Shown here one piece after another: positions 49,393 through 60,271 of a DNA stretch of 64,000 bases. The notes beneath the pieces were generated by a model. It did not search any database and was not told the DNA's origin. It was given only the letters and a program-made list of their open reading frames with translations. This stretch comes from a bacterium. Lineage in GTDB: Bacteria; Hinthialibacterota; Hinthialibacteria; Hinthialibacterales; Hinthialibacteraceae. The translations under genes were made by a program, and so were the position numbers. Numbering within the stretch: the stretch's first letter is position 1; the number at the start of each line of letters is the position of its first letter. The stretch is taken from assembly GCA_963662285.2 (NCBI GenBank), contig CAXXMV010000008.1, positions 1,376,001 to 1,440,000 on the forward strand, written 5' to 3'.

Positions 49393-51942
49393 ATGATGAA
49401 GATGACCAATCGTTTCTTGATCTACATAATGGTATTTTTGATTACCGGCGGGTGTTTTTTGTCTATATTACCATCCGCCGGTCTTACCCAGGAAGAAATG
49501 CCTCCTCAAACATTGAGCGCAGAGGATATCAATTCGCTTCGAACCAAGATTTTCTCCAATGCTACGGATTTCAAACAAAGAACAAAAATCGCTTCCACAT
49601 TGACCCGATTGCTGCAGATCAAAAACCGCAGCCGTCATGCACGACGATTATGCCTTGATTTTTATTCTTCTGCTGCAATTCAAATAAAAGACTCATCACC
49701 TTCATCATCAATCACCCTGGCGCAGCCCTATGAAGAATGGGCGCAGGCAATCGATAAAGGCATACGTCAAGAAACAATCTCAAAGATAGATGCCTATCTC
49801 AAAACAAATCCCGATGCAGCGCCGCATCCATATCTGGCGCTTTTAGCGCTTAAAGCCAATAGTATGAATCTGGCCTACTATGCGCTATTTGAGGATATAT
49901 CCGATAAACTAGTCGAGACCAGTTCACTCTACGTTCTCGGCATCCTCGCCGCCCGTGAAAGCCGGTTTATCGAAGCCGAACGCTTTATGATCCGGGCGCA
50001 GAACGGATTAGGTTCACCACTCCTGGAACGATGGCTTCTGCTCGATTTAGCCAAAATATCCATCGTTAATAAAAAAATCGACGAAGCCCATAGATTTATT
50101 CAACAATTGCTCAATCAGAATCCAAAAGACGCTCAAGCCTTATGTATTATGATCATGAGCAACATGGATAATAAAAAAGATCTGGCCCGGCAGCAGTTAT
50201 CCCAGTTAATCGATATCCTTTACCCGGATCCTTACCTCATCGCAGAGACGGCGAAACTGGCCATCAAACTGATGGAAATGGATACAGCGTCAAACATTCT
50301 TGAAAAATTTGCGCCTCAAGTCGAACCGAACCGTGACTTTTATGAGATATTCGCATTCGTCAGAAAGAATCAAGGCAAAGAAGACCAGGCTGAAGAATGG
50401 GCCGCCAAAGCTCGCCAAATTCAAGAATTTAGAGTTGCCGTATCTATGGAGACTCCTCTCGACAAAGAGTTGAAAGAGGCTGTCGATCTCCGGAATCAAC
50501 GAAAAGCCGATATCGATAAATTAGAAGGCATGGATAGGATATCAAAGGCCTATTATTGCCTGTTAGATGCAGATCATGAAAATGCTATTGCTATTCTGCA
50601 ACATCCCCAAGCAACCACATACGAGTCCTTCATCCTGGCCGATATCCAACGGAGGGCCGGTTTGATTAGAGATGCCGCAGGCGTCCTTCGCTCGCTGAAA
50701 ACTAATCACCCGGATTTCAGGCCATACCAGGTACTTACGCTTCTGGCCGATTTCAATGTACGTCTGGGAGATACAACACAAGCAATCGCCTTATATACAG
50801 AATTAAAAAATCGCTTCCCTCTATCATATCAAGCCGAAGTCTCTAAGAGAGTTTTAAGCAATCCCAAAATACTTGAAGCCCCCCAATGGAATCAACCAAT
50901 CCCCATATCTAACAGAGCATCTCGTTTCGCTCAGTATGCGGCGCCTTTCGCGTTGACGGAAATCAGGAAATATTGGGGCGACCCCATCTCGTTCGCTTCT
51001 TTAGCCAATCTACTTGGCGTATCACCTCACCGGGGAGTTTCGTTTGCTGAATTAGTTACTGTCATCAATTCATTAACTCGTTACCAGGTCACGCCTTTCA
51101 CCGGCGTGAAAGAAGCCATTTTCGATTGCCTACAGCAAAAAATTCCCATTTTATACTGCCAGGGAGAAATGTTCAGCAATCAGTTGATCACTCGTTTAAC
51201 CTTACTGACCGGAGCGGATGAATCCAGAGAGATATTCTATGCCGAAGGCATCACTCCCTATGAAACGCACATATTAACCGAAACAGAAACCATGGGAGGG
51301 ATATGTTGCGCTCTATACCCATCAACCATGGAACCACAATGGAGCAATGAGACGCTATCAGCCATCGAAAAGGGTAAAGAATTTATAAAGCTGCACATGG
51401 AAGCATCCCGCATCCGCACCGATCCCAATTATGATGCTCTGAGTTTTATGGAACGACGTAATACAATCTTAAAAGAAACGACCCCACAATCAGTGGCTCT
51501 TCAACTTGCCTTCTGCCATTGGATAACCAAAAACCAGCCCGCCTCAATCGCCCTTCAGTATTTGAAAAAGGCTGAAGAATCATGCGGAGAAAATGCTATT
51601 TTCCAGTTCTTACTGGCTGAATTGAATTCCCGACTTAAAAAGCCTGAACAAACCAATACCGCTCTGGATAAAGCTATTAATCGTAATCCGGAGACGCCCC
51701 GTTTCGAACTGGCGAGAGTACGTATTTTAAGCCAGTCTGATAAAACAGAGATTGCGATAACAGAAGCGGAAAAACTCCGCGATCAGTTTACTGATGATCC
51801 TACTATTTCTTTTCAGCTCCTTTTGTTATATAAAGAATCCGGCAATACTGAAAAAATGATTGCAGAAGAAGCGCGACTCGAAAAACTTATTCACCGGAAT
51901 ATCAATATTGATCCTGAAACAGATGTTGAACCAATGCAATAA
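49393..51942 (+). CDS. Exported TPR-repeat protein with degenerate C39-peptidase-like domain
   Basis: Signal/TM segment, many TPR-like helices, internal ..APFAL..IRKYWG...GVSFAEL...CLQQKIPIL...LLTGAD segment. Start placed at the first ATG. Confidence 0.75.
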   Translation: MMKMTNRFLIYIMVFLITGGCFLSILPSAGLTQEEMPPQTLSAEDINSLRTKIFSNATDFKQRTKIASTLTRLLQIKNRSRHARRLCLDFYSSAAIQIKDSSPSSSITLAQPYEEWAQAIDKGIRQETISKIDAYLKTNPDAAPHPYLALLALKANSMNLAYYALFEDISDKLVETSSLYVLGILAARESRFIEAERFMIRAQNGLGSPLLERWLLLDLAKISIVNKKIDEAHRFIQQLLNQNPKDAQALCIMIMSNMDNKKDLARQQLSQLIDILYPDPYLIAETAKLAIKLMEMDTASNILEKFAPQVEPNRDFYEIFAFVRKNQGKEDQAEEWAAKARQIQEFRVAVSMETPLDKELKEAVDLRNQRKADIDKLEGMDRISKAYYCLLDADHENAIAILQHPQATTYESFILADIQRRAGLIRDAAGVLRSLKTNHPDFRPYQVLTLLADFNVRLGDTTQAIALYTELKNRFPLSYQAEVSKRVLSNPKILEAPQWNQPIPISNRASRFAQYAAPFALTEIRKYWGDPISFASLANLLGVSPHRGVSFAELVTVINSLTRYQVTPFTGVKEAIFDCLQQKIPILYCQGEMFSNQLITRLTLLTGADESREIFYAEGITPYETHILTETETMGGICCALYPSTMEPQWSNETLSAIEKGKEFIKLHMEASRIRTDPNYDALSFMERRNTILKETTPQSVALQLAFCHWITKNQPASIALQYLKKAEESCGENAIFQFLLAELNSRLKKPEQTNTALDKAINRNPETPRFELARVRILSQSDKTEIAITEAEKLRDQFTDDPTISFQLLLLYKESGNTEKMIAEEARLEKLIHRNINIDPETDVEPMQ

Positions 51943-51962
51943 CTTATTACAAGTAAAAAATT

Positions 51963-53588
51963 ATGCATACAAAATCCTTCAGTAAATCAAATATCACCCT
52001 CAGATTTTTCTTCAGTTTACTGTTACTTATTTTTTGTTTGTCATCTTATGGTCAAACGACATTCACTAAATCACTTCAGATTGAACCTGGAGAGAGATGG
52101 TGGGGAGGCGCCATAGTTGATGGCCATATCATGCCCTTTGGAGATGATTTTTACTCATACGACATGCTGGGCGACACCAAAGGCAACCAGAGCCAGCCAT
52201 TACTGATATCCAATCATGGCCGCTATGTATGGTGCGATGATCCATTTGAATTTGAATTTAATGAAGGAGTCTTAAAACTATCATCCTCATTCAGCGATTT
52301 CCAATCAGGAAAAGCTGGCCAAACCTTAAAAGACGCATATTTACATGCCAGTCAAGCATTTTTCCCCCCAGCCGGAAAGATTCCAGCGGAGATTCTATTC
52401 ACTCAACCTCAATACAACACTTGGATAGAATTAATGTATGACCAGAACCAGGATGATATCCTGCAATATGCTGAAGATATTATCAAACATGGATTCCCCC
52501 CCGGCGTTTTAATGATTGATGATAATTGGCAGGAAGATTATGGAACATGGGAATTCAAAGCAGAACGTTTCTCTAATCCCAAAGGAATGATCGATAAACT
52601 TCACGCAATGGGCTTCAAGGTTATGTTATGGGTATGCCCCTTCATCAGCGCCGACTCTCCCGTCTACCGAGAACTTAAACGCAAAAGAGTACTGATGTCC
52701 GAAGACGACAATCAAGCCGTTCCGGCCATAGTACGCTGGTGGAATGGCGCCAGCGCATTGATTGACTTGAGCAATCCTGAAGGAGAGCAATGGTTTCACC
52801 AGCAACTGCAAAATCTGGTTGATAAATACCAGGTGGATGGCTTCAAATTGGATGCCGGAGACGCTCTATACTATACTGGAGATATTTGCGCATCACAGGA
52901 ATTGCATGCCAATCAACATACCGAACTTTTCGCCAAAATCGGATTGGATTTCCCCATGAACGAATACCGGGCCTGCTGGAAAATGGCCGGACAGCCCCTG
53001 GTTCAACGCCTGCGCGACAAGAGCCACAGCTGGGATGACCTGCGCAAACTAATTCCGGGCATCCTAACCCAGGGCTTAGTAGGCTATGCCTATACATGCC
53101 CCGATCTGATCGGTGGAGGCGAATTCACTTCTTTCTTGAATCTGGATAAAATTGATCAGGAATTGATAGTACGTTCGGCGCAATGCCATGCCTTGATGCC
53201 CATGATGCAGTTTTCCGTTGCGCCTTGGAGAGTTCTGGATCAAGAAAAACTGGATATTTGCAGGAATATGGCAGTATTGCATACCCGAATGGCCGATGAG
53301 ATAATCAATCTGGCCAGGCAATCTTCCAAAACTGGCGAACCAATTGTAAGGCACATGGAATACGCCTATCCAAACCAGGGATTCACCAACATTCAAGACC
53401 AGTTCATGCTGGGTGATGATATCCTTGTAGCGCCGGTGCTACAACAAAACACGGATGAAAGAATAGTACTTTTCCCCAAAGGAAAATGGCAAGGCGACGA
53501 TGGCGCAATCATCAACGGCCCCTGCCGCATAACCATAAAAGCGCCCTTGCATCGTTTACCATGGTTCAAACGCCAACCAAGCCAATAA
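51963..53588 (+). CDS. Glycoside hydrolase family 31
   Basis: PQYNTWIEL, LMIDDNWQ, GFKVMLWVCPF, DGFKLDAGD, PDLIGGG, DQFMLGDDILVAPV; signal peptide. Confidence 0.92.
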   Translation: MHTKSFSKSNITLRFFFSLLLLIFCLSSYGQTTFTKSLQIEPGERWWGGAIVDGHIMPFGDDFYSYDMLGDTKGNQSQPLLISNHGRYVWCDDPFEFEFNEGVLKLSSSFSDFQSGKAGQTLKDAYLHASQAFFPPAGKIPAEILFTQPQYNTWIELMYDQNQDDILQYAEDIIKHGFPPGVLMIDDNWQEDYGTWEFKAERFSNPKGMIDKLHAMGFKVMLWVCPFISADSPVYRELKRKRVLMSEDDNQAVPAIVRWWNGASALIDLSNPEGEQWFHQQLQNLVDKYQVDGFKLDAGDALYYTGDICASQELHANQHTELFAKIGLDFPMNEYRACWKMAGQPLVQRLRDKSHSWDDLRKLIPGILTQGLVGYAYTCPDLIGGGEFTSFLNLDKIDQELIVRSAQCHALMPMMQFSVAPWRVLDQEKLDICRNMAVLHTRMADEIINLARQSSKTGEPIVRHMEYAYPNQGFTNIQDQFMLGDDILVAPVLQQNTDERIVLFPKGKWQGDDGAIINGPCRITIKAPLHRLPWFKRQPSQ

Positions 53589-53608
53589 ATATCACATATC
53601 ACTAACCG

Positions 53609-54193
53609 CTAATTACTATTGGTTTTAGTATAGTTACCATCTTCCGGCGTCAGGGGGAACAATCTATTTACAGTTGTTAAGAGGTCCTGCACAACCAAAT
53701 CTGGAAACTGATCGGAGTTTCTCAGAATTTGCATTGTTTTATATGGTTTGCCAGTTTTGACAAAACCCGTTTTACACCCGGCAGCCCATCCTGCCCGTAA
53801 ACTTAATATATCGCTGGTAATAAAATAGGTCTCAGATAATACAAATCCAAACTTTTGCTCCGCCATTTGGATTATTGCTGGATCAGGAAATCCATTCGAT
53901 TCTCCACCGGGACCATTTCCGGAACAAGTTAATATCTCTTCAACCCGCCCTCCTTCCTCATCAATAATACTCATCATTTTTTCATGTATTGCATCAACGG
54001 TAGTTCGATCAATCTTGCCAGGGAAAAACTTGCTTTGATCGCTTATAATTATAGGTTTAACGCCTTGTTGCTCCAGATGAAGCAATGATTCAGAAACAAA
54101 CGGCAGAACAAGGCAGTCCTCTGGTTTTGCTATACCCTCATCAGTACGCACAGTAATAATTCCATCACGTTCAATCAGCAGATATCGATCCAT
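53609..54193 (-). CDS. GmhB/HisB-like HAD family protein, degenerate active site
   Basis: LLIERDGII (vs FLDRDG), IISDQS (vs TNQS), AGWAAGCK..VKTGK; overlaps the recF stop. Confidence 0.75.
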   Translation of the reverse strand: MDRYLLIERDGIITVRTDEGIAKPEDCLVLPFVSESLLHLEQQGVKPIIISDQSKFFPGKIDRTTVDAIHEKMMSIIDEEGGRVEEILTCSGNGPGGESNGFPDPAIIQMAEQKFGFVLSETYFITSDILSLRAGWAAGCKTGFVKTGKPYKTMQILRNSDQFPDLVVQDLLTTVNRLFPLTPEDGNYTKTNSN

Positions 54194-55277
54194 TTTTCAC
54201 CTTGAAAATTCTGGCTGGCTCTACGCCAGCTCCGAGATATTCACGATCCGTAGCAGTGACGATTATTTGCCCTGCAGGATCAATGTGACGCCAAAAACGC
54301 TCACGCCTATTATTATCCATTTCATGGATTACGTCGTCAATCAATAAAAGCGGCCAACTACCAACGCATTCACGGCAAAGACGCGCCTGAGCAAGACGCA
54401 AAGCCAATACCGCCGCCCGGCGCTGTCCTTGAGAACCGAATTGCCCCAGGTTTTTACCAGCCAGTATTAAAAGCAAATCGTCTCGATGAGGCCCGAACTG
54501 ACTGCTGCCGCGTTCAATTTCCGACTGTTGAATACGGTTGAGTTTATCACGCAAATGTTTTTCAATAATGGCAATATCATCTTCAATATGCAGCGAATAC
54601 CCCACTTGAAACGGACCATCATCCGCTAAAACCGCGTAATATTCCTCAACGTATGGCGCCAGTTGGCTTATGGTTCTGGTGCGTTGAGCAATCACTTGCG
54701 CTGCGTAGGAAACAAACGAAAGATTCCACACTTCCAGTTCCTTATCTCCAGCAGCGCTCCTTTGCTTTTGAAGACGTTTCAAAATCCAATTCCGTTGGCG
54801 TAATGCATGACGGAATTGCTGTAATAAATGTATATATGACGGATCGATCTGGGCAATAGCAATATCCAAAAAACGCCGCCGGTCCTGCGGACTGCCGCCG
54901 ACGATGGAGAGGTCTTCAGGAGCAAAGAGAACCGTACGCAACTGGCCATATAAATCGCCAACCCGTGGAAGCGTAACTCCATTGATTTTTATAACTTTAC
55001 GCTGTTTTTCCAAACCGCATTCGATAGTGCGTTGTTCGCCTCCGTCATCTACTACTCCCCGAAGAAAAGCAACTTGTTCATCCCAACGGATCAACTCTTC
55101 CTCACGCCGGGTTCTATGGGAAGTGGAAGTAGATAGAAATAAGACCGCCTCAACCAGGCTGGTCTTTCCCTGGGCATTCAGCCCCAGAAACAGTTGCATA
55201 CCTGAATCGAGAGCAAGCGAAGTTTCCTGAATCATACGGAAATTGCGAACGAGCAGTGAAGTTAAAAGCATGGACAT
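54171..55277 (-). CDS. recF: DNA replication and repair protein RecF
   Basis: NFR, GLNAQGKTSLVEA, SHRT, FAPEDL, RRRFLD, GPHRDDL, GSQGQRR, LLIDDV..EMD. Confidence 0.97.
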   Translation of the reverse strand: MSMLLTSLLVRNFRMIQETSLALDSGMQLFLGLNAQGKTSLVEAVLFLSTSTSHRTRREEELIRWDEQVAFLRGVVDDGGEQRTIECGLEKQRKVIKINGVTLPRVGDLYGQLRTVLFAPEDLSIVGGSPQDRRRFLDIAIAQIDPSYIHLLQQFRHALRQRNWILKRLQKQRSAAGDKELEVWNLSFVSYAAQVIAQRTRTISQLAPYVEEYYAVLADDGPFQVGYSLHIEDDIAIIEKHLRDKLNRIQQSEIERGSSQFGPHRDDLLLILAGKNLGQFGSQGQRRAAVLALRLAQARLCRECVGSWPLLLIDDVIHEMDNNRRERFWRHIDPAGQIIVTATDREYLGAGVEPARIFKVKNGSISAD

Positions 55278-55312
55278 ATTTTATAAATAAATTTTGCAAT
55301 CATAACAATCAA

Positions 55313-55813
55313 TCAACACATTTTACGAAGCGCTTTAGGAGGTAATAACCAAACCAATACTCCCGAACCGCGCACTGGATTCCCGAAGACATCCACCCTA
55401 CAAACTGCGCCTTTTTTCATCTCAATATCCGATACTCCCGCCCCGGTGACCAGTGTTGATATAATCTGGCTGAAATCAGGTTCATGTCCGGTAAATCCAA
55501 CTCTGGCATATTGAGGATTCTGTTGAATAATTTCTAGAATAACTTCATAATCCGCCCCCGGCGCCAAAAAATCAACTTCTTCAATCAGCGGTTGCTCTTC
55601 ATAAACGCCAGCGACGATATCCGCCGTCTGACAGGCGCGAACATATGGACTGGTAAAGATAATATCTAAATCCGGTACAATTCTTTTCAAGCCTTGAGCG
55701 GCCTTTTCCATCTTTTGAATGCCTTCGTCAGTCAACCAGCGTTCCGCATCAGATTTTAACGAAGGGTCCATGCGATCAACAGCAATAGCATGACGAATAA
55801 AATAGAGTTCCAT
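55313..55813 (-). CDS. sixA: Phosphohistidine phosphatase SixA
   Basis: MELYFIRHAIA, DAERWLTDEG, TSPYVRACQTA, GHEP. Start placed at ATG 55813. Confidence 0.9.
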   Translation of the reverse strand: MELYFIRHAIAVDRMDPSLKSDAERWLTDEGIQKMEKAAQGLKRIVPDLDIIFTSPYVRACQTADIVAGVYEEQPLIEEVDFLAPGADYEVILEIIQQNPQYARVGFTGHEPDFSQIISTLVTGAGVSDIEMKKGAVCRVDVFGNPVRGSGVLVWLLPPKALRKMC

Positions 55814-55923
55814 GGCATCACTCTTCCGGTATTTATTTATTCTAATACTCACTCCATACAACTCATTTAGGTCGCGCCTCTCGTGGGCGCCCGAATTACC
55901 CAACTCCCAAGATTTTCTAAATA

Positions 55924-57540
55924 TTATCCCTGCTGAGATTGCCTTTTGGCTTTACGCGCTTCGCGCTCCGCTTTAATGCGTTCGAGTTCAATGCGTTCTT
56001 CTTCATCGCGTTTTTTCTTGGCTTCTTCCAGTTCGATCAATCGTCCAAACATGCCGCCGCCCCGCAGTTTATCCTTAACCTCATCAGCGAAGGGAAGGTT
56101 ATGCCAGAAAAATTCACGGAATCTCTTTTCCAACTTAGGAATTCGTCTGGATTCACTCATAACCCAAAGGGTAAACGAATCCTGGAACCATTCTTTGAGG
56201 TCTTTGCGCTGCTCTTTTTTATTGAAGAGAGCGATCCATTTCCCAGTCATTCCTTCGGTCAACCAATAATGCATGGCATCCGCTTTGGCGTATTCCCAGC
56301 GATAATCAGATAAACCCAGGATCAGAGCTTTTATACTTGAACGGGGAGGAAAAGCGCTAATGCAAATCCGGGGGCCTGTGTCGCCTTTTTTACCGGGCGT
56401 GTAAGGCTCCCAACAACCAGCCCGCTGACCATAACCCGGATTAATGATAAAAAGCGGTTTAACCACAGATTCCTTACCCTTATATTTTCTATGAAACATT
56501 AAATGATCGCAGGGCAGAACCTCTTTCATGGCTGTTTGAAGCCATTTACGGTTCACTATGGGAGTATCCCGGCTGGGATTACAATAATCCTGCGCCAGAA
56601 TGGTAATCATGTTAGCGCGCGGACCAACGCACATGCGCTGCATTTGAGGCACAGTCATAACCTCATAAGACAAGGCCACTGCGCCGGTTGCATGGGGATC
56701 AGGCTTTGCGCCGCCCAAAGACATTTCATCAATAGTGCTGTATTTCAACTCGCCGCGGGATATGGCTTCATACCATTCATCAACGAAATAGATGCCGGTA
56801 TCCTCAGGCTTACTTTTATCCATATAGAGTTGTTGCCAGACATCCATCTTATCGGCCATAAGTTTTTCGTCCAACATGCCATAGCGCATACACAGCCGTT
56901 TTTCCCAGCACAAATTCTCTCTCGCCATTCTTTTAGCCATGTTGACGGTCATACGCCAATACACGCTGGTGAGAGACAACATGATATTACGCCGTTTATC
57001 AGGTTCGCATTTATCCAGGCTATCCAAAAGCGCTTTAACTTCATCGATTTCTTCTTCTCCATCCAGCACAGCGCTTAAGAACTCTCCCGCTTCAAAATTG
57101 ATCAATGGTATAGGAGGAGCGGCTTCCTCTTCCTGCGCTTCAGCTGTGATCGCTTCTTCAGTCTGATCAGGTATAGGGATATCAGGTGAAGGAGGAGGTG
57201 GAGTTTCTTCTGTTGGGGGAAATAATTCCATCGATGTAGTTTTAGCCTGGACTGCTTGTTTGGCCCTTTCATCAGCGCCCAGGTTTGCTTTTTTAATGAA
57301 TGTTTTGGTACGCTCTTCGAGAGGTTTGGTTTTCAATTTGGGTTGGGCAATAGCAGATTCAATAGCGCTATTATCAGGTTTGACAGATGGATCGCCATTC
57401 CCGTTAGTAATAAGATCAAGGTCATTTTTCAATTTGTCTATTTCAGCATCACGTCTTTTCAAAACAACCTGATATTTCTTAATCTTGACCTCAAGACTTT
57501 TTATATATTGCACCAACTGCTCACGCGTCAAAGGCGGCAT
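55924..57540 (-). CDS. Hypothetical protein (coiled coil, Pro/Glu linker, Trp-rich conserved domain, coiled coil)
   Basis: 538-aa ORF with RBS AAGGA; motif-like PGYGQRAGCWEP, DYRWEYAK, HYWLTEGMTG. Confidence 0.85.
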   Translation of the reverse strand: MPPLTREQLVQYIKSLEVKIKKYQVVLKRRDAEIDKLKNDLDLITNGNGDPSVKPDNSAIESAIAQPKLKTKPLEERTKTFIKKANLGADERAKQAVQAKTTSMELFPPTEETPPPPSPDIPIPDQTEEAITAEAQEEEAAPPIPLINFEAGEFLSAVLDGEEEIDEVKALLDSLDKCEPDKRRNIMLSLTSVYWRMTVNMAKRMARENLCWEKRLCMRYGMLDEKLMADKMDVWQQLYMDKSKPEDTGIYFVDEWYEAISRGELKYSTIDEMSLGGAKPDPHATGAVALSYEVMTVPQMQRMCVGPRANMITILAQDYCNPSRDTPIVNRKWLQTAMKEVLPCDHLMFHRKYKGKESVVKPLFIINPGYGQRAGCWEPYTPGKKGDTGPRICISAFPPRSSIKALILGLSDYRWEYAKADAMHYWLTEGMTGKWIALFNKKEQRKDLKEWFQDSFTLWVMSESRRIPKLEKRFREFFWHNLPFADEVKDKLRGGGMFGRLIELEEAKKKRDEEERIELERIKAEREARKAKRQSQQG

Positions 57541-57823
57541 CTCATTATCCTTCCCTTACTTCCAACCATATAAACTGAACACAAACATCGAAGCATGGAA
57601 AATAGTATACCATTAAGAAAGGATTTATTGAACGCAAAAAGCAAAATGAAATATGAACAATTTACCCTCTCCCAATCCAAATATACTATTGACGACCTCC
57701 AAAAGGAAGCAATGAATCACTTCTTAGTTATTAAAGACTCATTACAATACATAAGGACGCAATTTCAAGAACTACTCTAATTACCAATTATAATTTAATT
57801 CTACCGGAGAGATAAAACCTTTC

Positions 57824-60271
57824 ATGAATAAAACTATTACTTTGCTTGCCGCAGGATTATTTTTGATCAGCATAATTCTACTGATATCAATACTACTTTT
57901 GTTATCATCCGATGAATCCGCCATAGAATCTGTTTCTCGGTCTTCACAGTCAGCCTCAGGCGCCATAACCGCTTCGCAGCCGGACAGCGCGCCAGAAGAA
58001 CTCTCTTCACTCAAAACCAGCGCTGAAGTTTCAACCTTTACCATCGTTTGTCACATCAAAAACAGCTCAGACCAATCAATGGAGAATGCCTCAGTAACGC
58101 TAGAATCCATACCGGGATCAACTTATCAACATTCCGCATCCACCGACGTCATGGGAGTATGCCGCTTGATCGCGCTTCATCCCGGCCAATATAAGTTGAG
58201 CGCCAAAGCCGAAGGATATACAGCCGCCGAAGAAACTTTAACTATATCGCGGCATACTAATCGTAAACAACTGCGCGTTTTGGTTTTACAGCCGCCCGCA
58301 TATACCCTATATGGCAGGATATTATCCCATGACAATACGCCAGTATCAGGCGCCAGGATATACTGCGCTTCCACCGCTTCAACTCAAACATCTTTCATTC
58401 CAGAAACAGAACAATTCAGTCAAGCCTCTCCCCATGCTGTTTCTCAACCAGATGGTTCATTCATTATCAAAAACCTCGCCTCCAGTAGTTATCTGTTATA
58501 CGCCACAGCCGATGGTTGTCTGCCCAACTATAAGAAAATCCAGATCAAACATGATCACACGGAAATTACCCGCCTGGATGCCAAAGCCCGTTTAGATGGC
58601 ATTATTAGAGATCAATGGAATAGAGCCGTCGCTAACGCTACTGTTACTATTTCCAGCCAGGGCGATGACGGAGTATTCAACAAAACCGTTATATCACAGG
58701 CGAATGGATGCTTCAAAATACTCGGATTACCTCCTCATAATTCTACACTTACCGCCTCAGCGGATGGATACCAGACCAGCCGGAAAGAAATCGATATTTC
58801 TCTCTCCGGCCATAACACAAATTTAACGCTGGATGCAGCATCCATAAGCATTACCGGAAAATTGATTCATGCAGATACAAAACAACCCTTGGAGAACATT
58901 TCTCTTGAACTATACGATTATCGAGTCGGCGCCGCTCATCCCACTCTGGTTCAAAAGATCATCAGCAGCGCCAATGGTTCTTTTCAATTCAAAGATGTGA
59001 TTCCGGCAATATATACCATCCGGTTTGACCAAACGGATCACCGGCAATTCGTTCCACATGCTATCTCTTTACCACTCTCACTGCGTAACATTTCCAATGT
59101 TGTCTTTGAGATCGAGCAATATGGAACAGCAACAGGTAAGGTGACGGATCAGCACGGACAACCAATCGCCAATGCTGAAGTTGAGTTATTGACCAACAAT
59201 TCAGACCTGACTCGAGTTATGACCGACCAGCAGGGACGATATATATTTCCCCGGCTATCGACCGCAAGACAAATCAAGCAATCAGAAGAAGAGTCAGGAC
59301 GATTGATGGCCAGCCATCCCGATTACGCGGCAGGATGCAGCGACGCCTTCAAATTCAAAACCGGACAAAATCTGGAAAATATCGACATAACACTGAACCA
59401 AGGCATATCCATCAACGGCAAGGTCTTCAGCCAGCAAGCCAGGCCGATTCCAAACGCTTTGGTATTTTGCCAATCATTCCCAAAACGCGGCGACCGGCGT
59501 GAAACATATACCGATAATAAGGGGAATTACCTACTTACCCATATCCCCCTGAAATCGTTAGACCAAAGTAGTTTTACATCCATTGGCGCCAGCGCTGATG
59601 AATACGAATTGCTAATTCACACAGTGGAACTCTCCGGTCAGGATATTAATGGGAGGAATTTTGTCCTGCGCAACGCAAAGGAACTGGCAGGTCAGGTTCT
59701 TTTACCCGATGGCTCTCCCGCAGCAGGCGCCAAACTGATGCTAATGGTTAAGGACGCTTATCCGAAGATTACCTCATCGGATGATAATGGTTGCTTTCAA
59801 TTCAAGAATATCCCCGAAACAAGCGAAGCGCATATTGCAGCGCTATATGGAGAGTCCCGTTATCAATATCCCGCAAAACTGCGCGAACAAAGAGATATGT
59901 TCGGCTACGGAGCTTATTTCGCTTATAAAGCATCGTTACAAGCGGGCGATAAAAATATCAGCATCCGGCTCCAACCGGAAAACGGCGTCATAGGGCAGGT
60001 AAGTGATAATGATAGCAGCGCACCAATTACTGATTTCAGGGCGGTATTATCATACCAAGCGCCCGGCTCTTCAAATCCTCTCACATGGTCAATAAGAAGC
60101 GGCCAATGGATCAGCCCAAGTCCAGGTGAATTCGGTTTTTCAGCGCCGTTAATAGGAGAATTTACTTTAACCATTACCAGTGAAGGATATCGCCGATATC
60201 GGAGTAAAATTAATTTTGAAGAAAATGCAATAGTAAAAACATTAGATATTAAATTAAGCAAAATAAACTAG
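57824..60271 (+). CDS. Membrane-anchored carboxypeptidase-regulatory-like (Cna-B-like) repeat protein
   Basis: N-terminal TM then about 7 repeats of G.V.D..G.P..NA.V...T...G.F....L..G.Y.L.A.A.GY. Confidence 0.85.
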   Translation: MNKTITLLAAGLFLISIILLISILLLLSSDESAIESVSRSSQSASGAITASQPDSAPEELSSLKTSAEVSTFTIVCHIKNSSDQSMENASVTLESIPGSTYQHSASTDVMGVCRLIALHPGQYKLSAKAEGYTAAEETLTISRHTNRKQLRVLVLQPPAYTLYGRILSHDNTPVSGARIYCASTASTQTSFIPETEQFSQASPHAVSQPDGSFIIKNLASSSYLLYATADGCLPNYKKIQIKHDHTEITRLDAKARLDGIIRDQWNRAVANATVTISSQGDDGVFNKTVISQANGCFKILGLPPHNSTLTASADGYQTSRKEIDISLSGHNTNLTLDAASISITGKLIHADTKQPLENISLELYDYRVGAAHPTLVQKIISSANGSFQFKDVIPAIYTIRFDQTDHRQFVPHAISLPLSLRNISNVVFEIEQYGTATGKVTDQHGQPIANAEVELLTNNSDLTRVMTDQQGRYIFPRLSTARQIKQSEEESGRLMASHPDYAAGCSDAFKFKTGQNLENIDITLNQGISINGKVFSQQARPIPNALVFCQSFPKRGDRRETYTDNKGNYLLTHIPLKSLDQSSFTSIGASADEYELLIHTVELSGQDINGRNFVLRNAKELAGQVLLPDGSPAAGAKLMLMVKDAYPKITSSDDNGCFQFKNIPETSEAHIAALYGESRYQYPAKLREQRDMFGYGAYFAYKASLQAGDKNISIRLQPENGVIGQVSDNDSSAPITDFRAVLSYQAPGSSNPLTWSIRSGQWISPSPGEFGFSAPLIGEFTLTITSEGYRRYRSKINFEENAIVKTLDIKLSKIN

